The position numbers were made by a program, and so were the translations under genes. From positions 55,956-119,955 of the forward strand of contig JAUIAP010000016.1 in assembly GCA_030425205.1 (NCBI GenBank): 64,000 bases of DNA, in the 5' to 3' direction. The notes beneath the pieces were generated by a model. That model had not been told where the DNA came from and searched no databases. It saw only the letters and a program-made list of their open reading frames with translations. The stretch comes from Anaerolineae bacterium (GTDB lineage: Bacteria; Chloroflexota; Anaerolineae; Promineifilales; Promineifilaceae). Positions 47,801 through 56,611 of the stretch are shown piece by piece (the first letter of the stretch is position 1; each line of letters starts with the position of its first letter).

Positions 47801-48371
47801 CGCTACTCAGATTATCGGTTTGTGTTGGTTCTGGGTTTGCAGCGGTCGTTTCGGCCGATCCCCATGGCACGATCTCCCAATCAGTTCCTAGCCGATCTGC
47901 ATACAACATCTGCGATGACGTGCTGGCTAGTTCGACTGGTGCAACCTCGCGGCCACCTTGCGACTGCTGCGGCGTGCTCTCATGCATCAGCGTCGGCAAA
48001 AATACGGTGTGGAGGGGGGAATCCTCAGTTGGATAACGCTCCGTGTGGGTGATAATCGGGGTTGCTGAGATCGCGTTGTTGAGCGTGTGGAGTGGGGCAT
48101 CGAGCGCCACGTTTTCAATCCCTTCGACCGCCTCTAACGCCGTCATTTGGAGCGGCGGGAGCGACACCACATAGCTGTCGATAAATGGTACTGGCTCAAC
48201 AATCGAACCACCAACAGCACTCACCGCTTCTGCAACACCTTCAAACCCCTCTGCCGCTCGCACAACAACGCGCACTGCTGGCAGATCGGCCGATTGATCG
48301 GCTTTCACTTGGGCGGGGGTTGCCCAAACACAAAAAAGGCCAATACACACCGACCAAAAAATCAGACGCAT
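44889..48371 (-). CDS. secreted subtilisin-like serine protease (S8) with two PA14 domains and C-terminal YYW hexapeptide repeat array
   Basis: Signal peptide MRLIFWSVCIGLFCVWATPAQVKA; S8 triad motifs VAVVDTGIN (Asp), HGSFMASIIAG (His), GTSAATAVTSGVVAL (Ser); PA14-like blocks (GLFYQYYQGWW..YTGFIYIDRDETYTFYSESNGGSQVHINGQLVVDN and ..VRGYLYPPVTGEYTFWLAGNNYARLYL..). Confidence 0.75.
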   Translation of the reverse strand: MRLIFWSVCIGLFCVWATPAQVKADQSADLPAVRVVVRAAEGFEGVAEAVSAVGGSIVEPVPFIDSYVVSLPPLQMTALEAVEGIENVALDAPLHTLNNAISATPIITHTERYPTEDSPLHTVFLPTLMHESTPQQSQGGREVAPVELASTSSQMLYADRLGTDWEIVPWGSAETTAANPEPTQTDNLSSVAVSLDAAHSAFYLKTNKPFTVDEVDTLSFWLHGGESGGQTLWLQLVTADGIDWGKSQTTVTAEKGAWMQYEIALDEIISADTPIHGIIWQSLTESPQPTFYLDNITLNQQNGGTARGSDNGLFYQYYQGWWSRLPNFENLVPTFHGTVDNIDLSVRGRIDYFGFRYTGFIYIDRDETYTFYSESNGGSQVHINGQLVVDNDGLHGLRERSGTIFLKQGYHPITVEYFGGYGYVDRLVVSYQSANFSKRPIQDEVLFRSRPDDSRGTILREYWLNVNGDSLNALLNHPNYPNNPTGTSHINEFETPVNMDDHYGTRVRGYLYPPVTGEYTFWLAGNNYARLYLSATERPDEAQQIASVTEWTYYHEWNWLASQKSRKIYLEAGQRYYIEAIQKEHTGADHLSVAWQIPNGRREVISGSYLAPYETQKTTASEVSPTDYLDEIGIPALHQAGLSGAGIGVAVVDTGINPAVLKNNVVMRYNALPDTDIDENGHGSFMASIIAGNDRHRGRFVSVAPDANIYDIRVLDPDGKSTYADVLRGLEVIYDHHEALNIRVVNLSLMGPVTGPYWENPINTAVELLWDAGVVVIVAAGNTGPYAGSITTPGNDPMVVTVGAYTDAYTPGYASDDYIPPFSAAGPTEMGFVKPDIVAPGAHIAQPQQSNSRYANNRRVRKTNSGYYLGSGTSAATAVTSGVVALMLQENPELTPDQVKFRLQASAQPLVRDSSGQQTTFSIFQQGAGRLKPYDAIYGSYSGNVSQNMHAGGRYVGPAYYDEDAGGYRVHGRDPRCEELSDIRSSLDGLNSTTLTVENSSNETMYLFWLSYSGSPQLKATIHPGQTVSRQTYRNHRWVVAKHQEGNQYRCTNVVLDAGIEPIVHVTAESALSADSDGYLWNGTYYWAGTYYWSGTYYWSGSYYWSGTYYWSGTYYWGGSYYWAGNSLFDLASYYWNGSYYWSGSYYWGGNDYWIGLLPE
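44892..45160. repeat. 18-bp tandem DNA repeat (~14 units) encoding (G/S)xYYW(S/A) hexapeptide array at C-terminus of S8/PA14 protease
   Basis: ccagtagtagctgcc.. units repeated head-to-tail; translates (minus strand) to GTYYWAGTYYWSGTYYWSGSYYWSGTYYWSGTYYWGGSYYWAG...SYYWNGSYYWSGSYYWGGNDYWIGLLPE. Confidence 0.8.
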
Positions 48372-48525
48372 GGGGGAGTTCCCATTGGAAAATTTACCAA
48401 TACCTGCAAACATCTATCACTCCTACGCTCTGATAGCGCATGAAATCTGTTCTGTTGTTTGGGGTGTAATTTGAAGCGTTCACACCACCGATTACTGTAA
48501 CGAATGCTAGTGTAGTACTCTGATC

Positions 48526-49194
48526 TTACAAGGTGACTTGCAAACTGTAGAGATGTGCCTGTTTGTGTTTGCCAATTCTATGCACAAGCGCAAGTTTATG
48601 CAGGCAGTACATCATCTGCTGGGCGCGGCGGCGTGGGATGTTGGCATGATCGGCGAGATCAGCGGTCGTGAAGGGGGTTGGGAGCGTTTTTGGGAGGAGC
48701 AAGAGGAGATCGGCCGAATTCTCAATGCGCACCCAATCTTTAACTTTTAAGAGGCGACGCGCCGTGATCATCCAGCCGCGTCGCCGTCCATATTTGCGCT
48801 TGGGGTCATATTCGCGCTCAATTTCATCTTGCACTAGGAGCAGTTCGATCGAAAGATTGGGGTCATCGAGCGACGTGGGCAGCGCGACCAGTTGTTCAAA
48901 AATATCGTGCAGCGTGCCACGTTTGGGGGATTTGCGCCGCTTGCCCTGTTTGATGATCCAACGTTCGGCCGAAATTGGATAGACAATCGTGACGGCATGG
49001 GTGGGGAGAAAGTGGGAGAGTTTGGCCCTTAATCGGCCGAAGCTGCCTGTTTGAACTTCGATCAAGCGTTCCCCACGCACAATGTCAATCACAAACCGAT
49101 CGATTGGCACCTCAAACTGATCGCCGGGCTGCGCCAGCCACGACTTTACCTGTGCATGTAATTCCCGTTCGTTCAATGTGCCAATGTCGGACAT
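48526..49194 (-). CDS. hypothetical protein with PD-(D/E)xK nuclease-like motif arrangement
   Basis: N-terminal ..ELHAQVKSWL..(E)..PIDRFVIDIV(D)..RLIEVQT (E-x-Q/K) spacing reminiscent of restriction-endonuclease-like fold; basic C-terminal half. Abuts IS element left end. Confidence 0.35.
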   Translation of the reverse strand: MSDIGTLNERELHAQVKSWLAQPGDQFEVPIDRFVIDIVRGERLIEVQTGSFGRLRAKLSHFLPTHAVTIVYPISAERWIIKQGKRRKSPKRGTLHDIFEQLVALPTSLDDPNLSIELLLVQDEIEREYDPKRKYGRRRGWMITARRLLKVKDWVRIENSADLLLLLPKTLPTPFTTADLADHANIPRRRAQQMMYCLHKLALVHRIGKHKQAHLYSLQVTL

Positions 49195-49199
49195 GCCCT

Positions 49200-50525
49200 A
49201 AGGATCGCGAATTAAATAACTGTCGTAAATGATAGTTGCGGCATGGCACGATAATTCCACTTGGGCAGATAGGCATCAAAAATAATCGGCATCGTTTCCC
49301 TGAATGTGTCTGAAACCTTGCGACCAGTCTGGTAGAGTTTGTCGAAAACGGCGACAGAGACAGAAAGCCCAGTAGCCGTTTTGGTGCGTGCAATCAGGTC
49401 ACGAACGATGGCAACAGATTTGAAGACAACTCCTTGACAGGCAAGGGTGACATGGGGGAATAAGCGATGCTCAATCGGATTGTATTTGGAACAGTAAGGC
49501 GGATAATGGGCAATACGAATCTCGATGCCGATGTCATTGACCAATTTCTGTAATTCTTCCTTGAAAATATAATAGTGTGAACTGTTGCTGCCGCCACCAT
49601 CGCAAAGCAGCAGAATAGAGGTTGCATTGGGATAGTGATGTTGACCCGCACTCATCCACCAGTGCCGAATACTATCGCAGGCAAATTGACTGGTATCTTT
49701 ACTGGTTCCGATATGGATATACCCGTGATTGAGGGCTAAATCATAGAGCGCATGAGGAATCACAATGCCATCTGCGCTACTGGTAAAATCATGGTCATTG
49801 GTCTGGATAACCTGTTGGGTATACAGGCGACCGTCACGGTAAAAATTGCCCAGATACTCCTTCTTTTTCGTGTCCATACTCACGACAGGGTTGCCACTTT
49901 CCATGTACACTTTGCGTAGTTGTTCAATGTTCTTGAACTGTTCATCCCGATTAGCCACCTGACCCATTGTCACACTCTTCTGTGCTTTACGACGCCGAAA
50001 ACGATGTTGATTCAGTAACTTTTTGACCGTTGTCACACTCGTTTTTAATTGGTGTTCTTCCAGCATCATCTCGCTGATCTCTCTTGGTTTTAGATGTGTC
50101 CAGCGTATTCCCTCATCCATCGGGTCTCCCGCCGTATACGTCTCAATCACCTTAAGAAATGCTGCATTCAACCGTTCTTTTTTTGTCAAATGGTTTGCGC
50201 CCACCCCCTGGTCGGCGAATTCGTCCTGCTGGGATTTCATTCTTATTGCTCGCCAATTCAGCTTGCCCTCGTTGAATGGTTCTCGCTGAGCAACCCAACA
50301 CACTTTCCATATACAACTGTCCGCCATACCCCACCTTTTTGGCTTCTAGTGCTGCATAATGCCGCTTATCTCGCTCCGAGAGCGTTTCAAAAAACTTGCG
50401 CATTTGTTGTTCTATTTCTACGTCGTATTTTTTCATTTTTAGCTCCATTCTGTCAAAATATGATTGTAGTCCTTTCTCTTTCCCTTTGGCTACAATTACG
50501 ACATCTATTTAATTCGCGATCCTAA
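49200..50525 (-). mobile_element. ISAzo13-family insertion sequence (~1.3 kb) with ~19-26 bp terminal inverted repeats
   Basis: Left end ctAAGGATCGCGAATTAAATAactgtcg (49199-) vs reverse complement of right end ..cgacatcTATTTAATTCGCGATCCTtag (..50525): 18-bp perfect IR plus imperfect extension; internal DDE_Tnp_ISAZ013-type transposase; element lacks the TCGGCCGA palindrome that saturates flanking DNA. Confidence 0.75.
49212..50448 (-). pseudogene. ISAzo13-family transposase split by frameshift (N-terminal HTH ORF 50152..50448; DDE C-terminal ORF 49212..50327)
   Basis: N-terminal ORF (..MESVLGCSARTIQRGQAELASN..GGRKPF) is the HTH part; C-terminal ORF has ..TAGDPM.., ..VVSMDTKKKEYLGNFYRDG.., ..LLLCDGGGSNS.. 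(DDE). Two overlapping frames of ~175 nt suggest frameshift (inactivating or programmed). Confidence 0.6.
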
Positions 50526-50640
50526 GTGTAACGAAAATAAGCGGCGTGCATGACCCAGACAGCACAAACTTACGCGAAATATTGATGGAGATGGTATGAT
50601 CAACTCTCTAAGAACTGTTACGCGATACACGAGGAAAAAG

Positions 50641-52641
50641 ATGCCCAACCGCCTTGCACAAGAAAGCAGCCCCTACCTACTACAACACGCCAACAACCCC
50701 GTCAACTGGTTCCCGTGGGGCGAAGATGCCCTTGCCCTTGCAAAATCAGAAGATAAACCGATCCTGATCAGCGTCGGCTATGCGGCGTGCCACTGGTGTC
50801 ACGTCATGGAACATGAGTCATTTGAAGATGAGCGTATCGCCGCGTTCATGAACGAAAACTTCGTCAACATCAAAGTTGATCGCGAAGAGCGTCCCGATCT
50901 CGATCAAATTTACATGAGCGCAGTACAGGCGATGACGGGTCAGGGGGGCTGGCCGATGAACGTCTTTTTGACCCCGGCTGGCGAACCATTCTATGGTGGC
51001 ACCTACTACCCGCCGACCCCACGCTACGGCATGGCGAGTTGGGGGCAAGTGCTGTCGGGGGTCGCCAATGCGTGGCAGACGCGCCGCGCTGATCTCACCA
51101 AGCAGGCGGGTGAAATGGCGGGACACATTCAGCAGGAATTTGCGCTCAAGAATCAGAACTATGTGCTTGACCCGCTGCTTTTCGAGCGGGCGGAAAAACA
51201 GTTCGACACCCAGTTTGACCGTTCACGCGGTGGCTTTGGTGGCGCACCTAAATTCCCGCCGTCGATGTCGCTTGAATTTCTGCTACGCATCGACTCGCTA
51301 GAGATGGTGACAACGACGTTCGATCAGATGGCATGGGGCGGCATCTATGACCATGTCGGCGGCGGCTTTGCGCGTTATTCGGTCGATGCCAACTGGCTGG
51401 TTCCCCATTTTGAGAAGATGCTCTACGACAATGCCCTGCTCGCCCGTGTCTACTTACACGCCTATCAGGTGACGGGGAATGCCCACTATCGCCAAGTGGT
51501 CGAGGAGACGCTCGACTGGACGTTACGCGAGATGACAGAGGATGGCGGTGGGTTTTACAGCAGTCTCGATGCGGATAGCGAGGGGGTCGAAGGCAAGTTC
51601 TATGTCTGGTCGCAAGCTGAGATAGAACAGATTCTCGGCGACGACGCACCACTGTTCATGGCACGCTATGACGTGACCGCACGCGGCAATTGGGAAGGCC
51701 ACAACATTCTCAACACCACCCACAGCAACTTAGCTGACGTCGCGGCACAATTTGATCTATCAATTGCGGCGGCTCAAAAGACGCTGGCCGCAGCACGACA
51801 AAAGCTGTTTGCCGTGCGAGCGCAACGGATTTGGCCGGGTCTCGATGACAAAATATTGACGGCGTGGAATGGGCTGATGTTGGCAGCGTTTGCGGAGGCG
51901 GGGCGCGTCTTAAAACGTGACGACTATTTGGCAGCAGCGGTCAAAAACGCCGATTTTCTTCATGCCACGATGCGAACTGATGCGGGTCGGTTATTGCGAA
52001 CATGGAAGGCGGGCAACGCGGCGAAATATAACGCCTATTTGGAAGATTACGCCTACCTAGCGGATGGGCTGTTGGCACTTTATCAGGCGACGTTCGACGT
52101 GCGCTGGTTTGAATGGGCGCAAGAGCTGACTGACATGATGATGACGCACTTTCAAGATAGTGAAAATGGGGGTTTTTATGACACGTCAGACGATCATGAA
52201 ACGTTGCTCTATCGACCGAAATCCCTACAAGACAATGCCACCCCCTCCGCCAACGCGATGGCGTGTAAGGTTTTGATTTTGATGAATCTTTTGACAGGTG
52301 ACGGCGCACTGGTCGATTATGCTGAAGAGATGGTCGCCGCGCTCTATCCCGCGCTTGCGCAATACCCAAACGGGTTCGCCCACTGGTTAGGGTGCGCGTG
52401 GTTACTGTTGAGCGAGCCAAAACAGGTGGCGCTGGTTGGCACCGATGTGAGCGAGTTGGCGGATGTGGTCTGGGGAGAATTTCGGCCGAATCTTGTCATC
52501 GCCGCTGGCACAGGTGACACACCACCCCTCTTGGCAAATCGCACACAAATCGGGGATCGGCCGACGGCCTACGTCTGCCAAAATTTCGTTTGTCAACTAC
52601 CCGTTACAGACCCAGAGAAGCTACGCGAACAGTTAAGTTAA
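50641..52641 (+). CDS. thioredoxin-domain protein YyaL/DUF255 family (thioredoxin-like N-terminus + six-hairpin glycosidase-like domain)
   Basis: [59 protein letters not shown] = hallmark DUF255/YyaL N-terminus (CHWCH); start ATG 50641 with GAGGA RBS. Confidence 0.85.
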   Translation: MPNRLAQESSPYLLQHANNPVNWFPWGEDALALAKSEDKPILISVGYAACHWCHVMEHESFEDERIAAFMNENFVNIKVDREERPDLDQIYMSAVQAMTGQGGWPMNVFLTPAGEPFYGGTYYPPTPRYGMASWGQVLSGVANAWQTRRADLTKQAGEMAGHIQQEFALKNQNYVLDPLLFERAEKQFDTQFDRSRGGFGGAPKFPPSMSLEFLLRIDSLEMVTTTFDQMAWGGIYDHVGGGFARYSVDANWLVPHFEKMLYDNALLARVYLHAYQVTGNAHYRQVVEETLDWTLREMTEDGGGFYSSLDADSEGVEGKFYVWSQAEIEQILGDDAPLFMARYDVTARGNWEGHNILNTTHSNLADVAAQFDLSIAAAQKTLAAARQKLFAVRAQRIWPGLDDKILTAWNGLMLAAFAEAGRVLKRDDYLAAAVKNADFLHATMRTDAGRLLRTWKAGNAAKYNAYLEDYAYLADGLLALYQATFDVRWFEWAQELTDMMMTHFQDSENGGFYDTSDDHETLLYRPKSLQDNATPSANAMACKVLILMNLLTGDGALVDYAEEMVAALYPALAQYPNGFAHWLGCAWLLLSEPKQVALVGTDVSELADVVWGEFRPNLVIAAGTGDTPPLLANRTQIGDRPTAYVCQNFVCQLPVTDPEKLREQLS

Positions 52642-52677
52642 CGTGGGGTGTGGCGTTCTTTTAGAAAAGGGGTTGGT

Positions 52678-52775
52678 GTCTTTAGATTTTCGCCACTAAG
52701 GTGCGTGGTGCGTGTCCAGAATACGTACCACGCACCACGCACCACGAATGATAATGTGGCTAAAACTTCATTGAT
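52678..52775. repeat. intergenic hairpin repeat, copy 4 (inverted orientation), GTCTTTAGATTTTCGCC flank
   Basis: GTCTTTAGATTTTCGCCACTAAGG-TGCGTGGTGCGTG-tccagaata-CGTACCACGCACCACGCACCACG-aatgataatgtggctaaaactt; near-identical (reverse-complement) to copy 5. Confidence 0.7.
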
Positions 52776-52794
52776 ACGAACAAAAAACGAATTA

Positions 52795-54336
52795 TCAATA
52801 CGTCGGCAACCCAAGATCAACCATCTCTTGCCCTGCCAAAAACGCCTTTAACGCCGCCTTTGTCGCATCCCGATCGTCCCAATCATATTCTGTTGTGCCA
52901 AAACACATCGACTGTTCATGCCCTTTGCCACAGACGAGGACGAGGTCGTGTGCGCCCGCGCAGGTGAGCGCGTGATAGATGGCGCGACCGCGATCAGGGA
53001 TGCGCCAAAATGTCACCCCTTCTTTGCCGCCGTGTTTGCGACACCCTTCGGCCATCATCCCAAGAATATCATCCAGTGGCTCTTGTCGCGGGTCTTCGGC
53101 AGTAAGCACCGTCAGGTTGGCGTGCTGTTCAGAGATTTCGGCCATCATACGCCGCTTTTCGACATCGCGCCGACCTGCACTACCAAACACGGTGATAATT
53201 TTGCCAGTCGTCATACTGCGGGCTGCTTCGATGGCGCGTTTGAGCGCGTTCGGCGTGTGGGCAAAATCAACGATGACGGGGAACGGCTGCCCCATCACGA
53301 TCCGTTCCATGCGACCACTAATCAGCGTCACATTTTCGATCCCGCGTTTGATATGTTTATTTTCGATTTCGAGTGAGTGGGCAGCGGCGGCGGCGGCGAG
53401 CATGTTGTAGATGTTAAATCGGCCGACCAGCGGGGTTGCAATTTCGATGCCGAGCGGTTCTATGTTGAAGGTGGTTTTTTCGGCCGAAAAGCGCACCCCA
53501 TTTGCCCATATATCCCAGCGGTTGTCCATCCCATAGCTAATTTGCAGCGGCTTCTCAAATTGAGAGAGATATTCGGCCGAAACATCGTCCCCATTGATCA
53601 CGGTCGCCCGTTCCGCCAGTTCAAACAACCGCCCCTTTGCGTGTAGATAGTTCTCCCATGAGCCATGATAATCTAAATGCTCGTGGGTGACATTTGTCAT
53701 CACGGCGACATCGTAAAATGCAGTGTCGGCGCGATACTCCGCCAAGCCATAGCTGGTCGATTCCAGAACACAGTGTGTACAGCCATCATCGACCATTTTG
53801 CGCAGGAAAGCCTGCGTCTCAGGCGCTTGCGGCGTGCTGACGTGTAGCCCTGTCGGCTCCTCTCGATTGCCGATCACCGCCTTGATGGTGCTGATCATGC
53901 CCGTTTTGTGTCCAGCCGCGATCAGAATTTCATAGACAAGATTGGTCACCGACGTTTTGCCATCTGTCCCCGTTACACCCACAACGGTCAAATGTTGGCC
54001 GGGAAAATCGTGCCATGCGGCCGCCAGCCATGTCTCGACCATTGCCGTATCTGGCACAGTCCAGACACGGGCATGGTTCTCTGGAACGCCCGCCTGCCCC
54101 GCCTGCGCGATGACCAACGCCGCACCTTTTTCCAATGCCTGCAAGACAAAGGGGTGTCCGTTGCTGTAGGGGCGCACGCGCGCAATGAAGCAGTCGCCCA
54201 CTTCAACAAGCCGACTGTCTTCAACGATGCGATTGAATGTAATGGGGGAACCCGTGTGCGGGGGTGGCAGCACATAGTCGTGCTGAACTGCAAAGGCGTG
54301 CCATGTTGCGAGAAGATCGGTGATCGTTTTGCTCAT
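52795..54336 (-). CDS. Mur ligase family protein (MurE-like UDP-MurNAc-tripeptide synthetase)
   Basis: VGVTGTDGKTSVTNLVYEIL (Mur ligase P-loop GTxGKT), middle-domain ..TFNIEPLG.., C-terminal ..DFAHTPNAL.. and ..VFGSAGRRD.. motifs; 513 aa. Not in a dcw cluster, so exact specificity uncertain. Confidence 0.7.
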   Translation of the reverse strand: MSKTITDLLATWHAFAVQHDYVLPPPHTGSPITFNRIVEDSRLVEVGDCFIARVRPYSNGHPFVLQALEKGAALVIAQAGQAGVPENHARVWTVPDTAMVETWLAAAWHDFPGQHLTVVGVTGTDGKTSVTNLVYEILIAAGHKTGMISTIKAVIGNREEPTGLHVSTPQAPETQAFLRKMVDDGCTHCVLESTSYGLAEYRADTAFYDVAVMTNVTHEHLDYHGSWENYLHAKGRLFELAERATVINGDDVSAEYLSQFEKPLQISYGMDNRWDIWANGVRFSAEKTTFNIEPLGIEIATPLVGRFNIYNMLAAAAAAHSLEIENKHIKRGIENVTLISGRMERIVMGQPFPVIVDFAHTPNALKRAIEAARSMTTGKIITVFGSAGRRDVEKRRMMAEISEQHANLTVLTAEDPRQEPLDDILGMMAEGCRKHGGKEGVTFWRIPDRGRAIYHALTCAGAHDLVLVCGKGHEQSMCFGTTEYDWDDRDATKAALKAFLAGQEMVDLGLPTY

Positions 54337-54471
54337 GCCGCAATGATACTACAATGGATTTAGGAAATAAATAACGGGCGAAACGGTTGGCGCAAGTTGC
54401 AAGTGGCAAGGTAGGATGAGTCTCATACTTGCAACTTCTTACCCACGCAATGGATATTCGTTCATGTCACG

Positions 54472-54592
54472 TAGTTTTCGCCACTTGATAAGTCGTGGTG
54501 CGTGGTGCGTACTCTGGACACGCACTACGCACCACGTACCACTCACCTAAGTGGCGCAAACCTAAAGACCCTGCCCATATTCTTAAAATTCG
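54472..54592. repeat. intergenic hairpin repeat, copy 5 with GGCGCAAACCTAAAGAC flank
   Basis: agttttCGCCACTTgataa-GTCGTGGTGCGTGGTGCGTAC-tctggacac-GCACTACGCACCACGTACCAC-tcaccTAAGTGGCGcaAACCTAAAGACcctgcccatattcttaaaattcgcg; nested outer stem CGCCACTT/AAGTGGCG. Confidence 0.7.
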
Positions 54593-54594
54593 CG

Positions 54595-55851
54595 CTATAA
54601 AACCGTACCATCGGGGATTATCGCCCCTTTTGGAATCACAATAATGCCACCGCTCGCCGTCCAATTTTGTGCCTGCTCATCGGGACGGTCAGGGATGTAG
54701 CGAATGACGACATTTTTGCCGATGCGAACATCTTTGTCGATGATCGCATAGTTGATCATCGAACCCATGCCGATGCCAATATCGGGGCGCTTGAGCCGCA
54801 CATTTTCGCGCTTCTGATCCGCTGTCTCATACAAATCAGACCCCATCATGACCACATGGTTGAGGGTTGTCTCCTTGCCGACAATACTGCGCAGACCGAT
54901 CACCGAGTCGCGCACGGTTGCATGGTAGAGTCGGCACCCATCACCAAGCATGACGTTTTGCAGACTGCTATCATGCACAATGGTGCCGGGTAGGAAACGG
55001 GGGCGGGTGTAAATCGGCCGATTTGCATCATAGAAATTAAAGGCGGGTGCTTCTTGCGTCAGTTCAATGTTGATGTCAAAAAAGCTCTTAATCGTTCCAA
55101 TGTCGGCCCAAAAACCATCATATTGGAAACCCATCACGCGATGTGTCTCCATTGCTGCTGGAATAATCTCCTTTCCGAAGTCATCCCCCTTCGTTTCCAA
55201 CAGTTCAAACAGCGTCTCGGTGCGGAAAACATAAATTCCCATCGACGCCATGTAAGGCTTTTTCGGATCGGTACCACTCGTCAAACCATCTAAAACGGCA
55301 GGGTCTTTTGGTTTTTCTTGAAATTCGACAATTTGATGATTCTCATCGAGCTTCAAAATTCCGAACCCAGTCGCCTCTTTGCGGGTGACGGGCTGGACGG
55401 CAATCGTCACATCTGCGCCGCTATCCTTATGAAACTCGCAAAACGCACGATAATCCATTCGATAGAGATGATCGCCAGAGAGAATGAGCGTGTATTCGGC
55501 CTTCGCCTCACGAATTTCGACCATCTGCTTGCGAACCGCATCGGCCGTTCCCTGATACCAATTTTCACTGTTCGGGGTTTGCTCCGCCGCTAAAATTTGC
55601 ACCCAGCCCTTTGTAAACATGTCGCGACCATAGGTGCGGTAGATGTGGCGATGGAGTGAGGCGGAGTTGAATTGAGTCAGAATGGCAATTTTGTCAATGC
55701 CCGCGTGAAAACAGTTGCTCATCGGAATGTCGATCAAGCGATACTTGCCAGCCAACGGCACAGCGGGTTTAGAACGTTCGTGTGTGAGTGGAAAAAGGCG
55801 CGTCCCACGACCCCCTCCGAGAATAAGACCCAAAACATTTGACATATCCAT
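54595..55851 (-). CDS. glgC: glucose-1-phosphate adenylyltransferase
   Basis: LGLILGGGRGTRLFPLTHERSKPAVPLAGKYRLIDIPMSNCFHAGI (GlgC N-terminal signature), left-handed beta-helix C-terminus; 418 aa. Confidence 0.9.
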   Translation of the reverse strand: MDMSNVLGLILGGGRGTRLFPLTHERSKPAVPLAGKYRLIDIPMSNCFHAGIDKIAILTQFNSASLHRHIYRTYGRDMFTKGWVQILAAEQTPNSENWYQGTADAVRKQMVEIREAKAEYTLILSGDHLYRMDYRAFCEFHKDSGADVTIAVQPVTRKEATGFGILKLDENHQIVEFQEKPKDPAVLDGLTSGTDPKKPYMASMGIYVFRTETLFELLETKGDDFGKEIIPAAMETHRVMGFQYDGFWADIGTIKSFFDINIELTQEAPAFNFYDANRPIYTRPRFLPGTIVHDSSLQNVMLGDGCRLYHATVRDSVIGLRSIVGKETTLNHVVMMGSDLYETADQKRENVRLKRPDIGIGMGSMINYAIIDKDVRIGKNVVIRYIPDRPDEQAQNWTASGGIIVIPKGAIIPDGTVL

Positions 55852-56026
55852 TTTAAACTCTCCTTTATCGTGCTGAATTTTCGGCCGATTATAACACGAT
55901 CTTCTACATCCTCCCCCACCTTAACATAGCCAAAACAAACCATTGAAAAATCGATAACATGCCCAATCGTGGCACGATTGGGCGGGTTAAACATGCTGCG
56001 AGAACGCATCAAAATGTGCGTTTTCC

Positions 56027-56554
56027 ATGTGCCAAGTTGCCAATTATGAAGCCCCGCTCGCTCAACTGATGAACGCCCTAAAGATGTCTATGCGCTCTGA
56101 ACAAGCTACAATCCCCTCCATGAGTCGAGTTATCAACACGAACAACCCTAACAAATTACGCAACAAAAATCGCCGTCTGATCGCTGAACTGCTGCGCCGA
56201 ATGAGCAGCAAACCAGAGGTCGACGCGGAAGTACGCGACATGGCTGCCGCCGTTGTGCTGGCATTGCGCGAGATTGACGATGGACTAACCGTCACGATGG
56301 CCGCTTGGGAAAAGCGCGGCTATTGGATGAAAGCGGAGAAGTTTTATCAGGAATGGTCATGGACAAAAGAGTCCGCCGCTAATTTAGATGATGTGATTCG
56401 GCACGAGGCATGGGATTTACTGCCCAATCTACTGCTTGACCTATTCCCGCGCTTTGCCGACGTACAGATTGCCAAATACACACGTAAAGAAGATGCGTGG
56501 AAAGGCAAGCACGCCGAATTGATGGAGATGGAGCCGATGGCGTTGCCCTATTGA
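56027..56554 (+). CDS. hypothetical protein (175 aa)
   Basis: Intact ORF with no overlapping better ORF; no recognisable motif. Confidence 0.3.
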   Translation: MCQVANYEAPLAQLMNALKMSMRSEQATIPSMSRVINTNNPNKLRNKNRRLIAELLRRMSSKPEVDAEVRDMAAAVVLALREIDDGLTVTMAAWEKRGYWMKAEKFYQEWSWTKESAANLDDVIRHEAWDLLPNLLLDLFPRFADVQIAKYTRKEDAWKGKHAELMEMEPMALPY

Positions 56555-56611
56555 CGAGGCGCACTGCGCACTACGGAAAGATCGCTCGAAATCGCAACGC
56601 AGATAATAACG

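Noticed and set aside
52795-54336. Assigning the Mur ligase specifically as murE of the cell-wall pathway
   Set aside because: Motifs fit Mur ligase family, but gene is outside a dcw cluster and adjacent to glgC; could be a MurE paralog or MurT/CapB/cyanophycin-type ligase; kept as family-level call.
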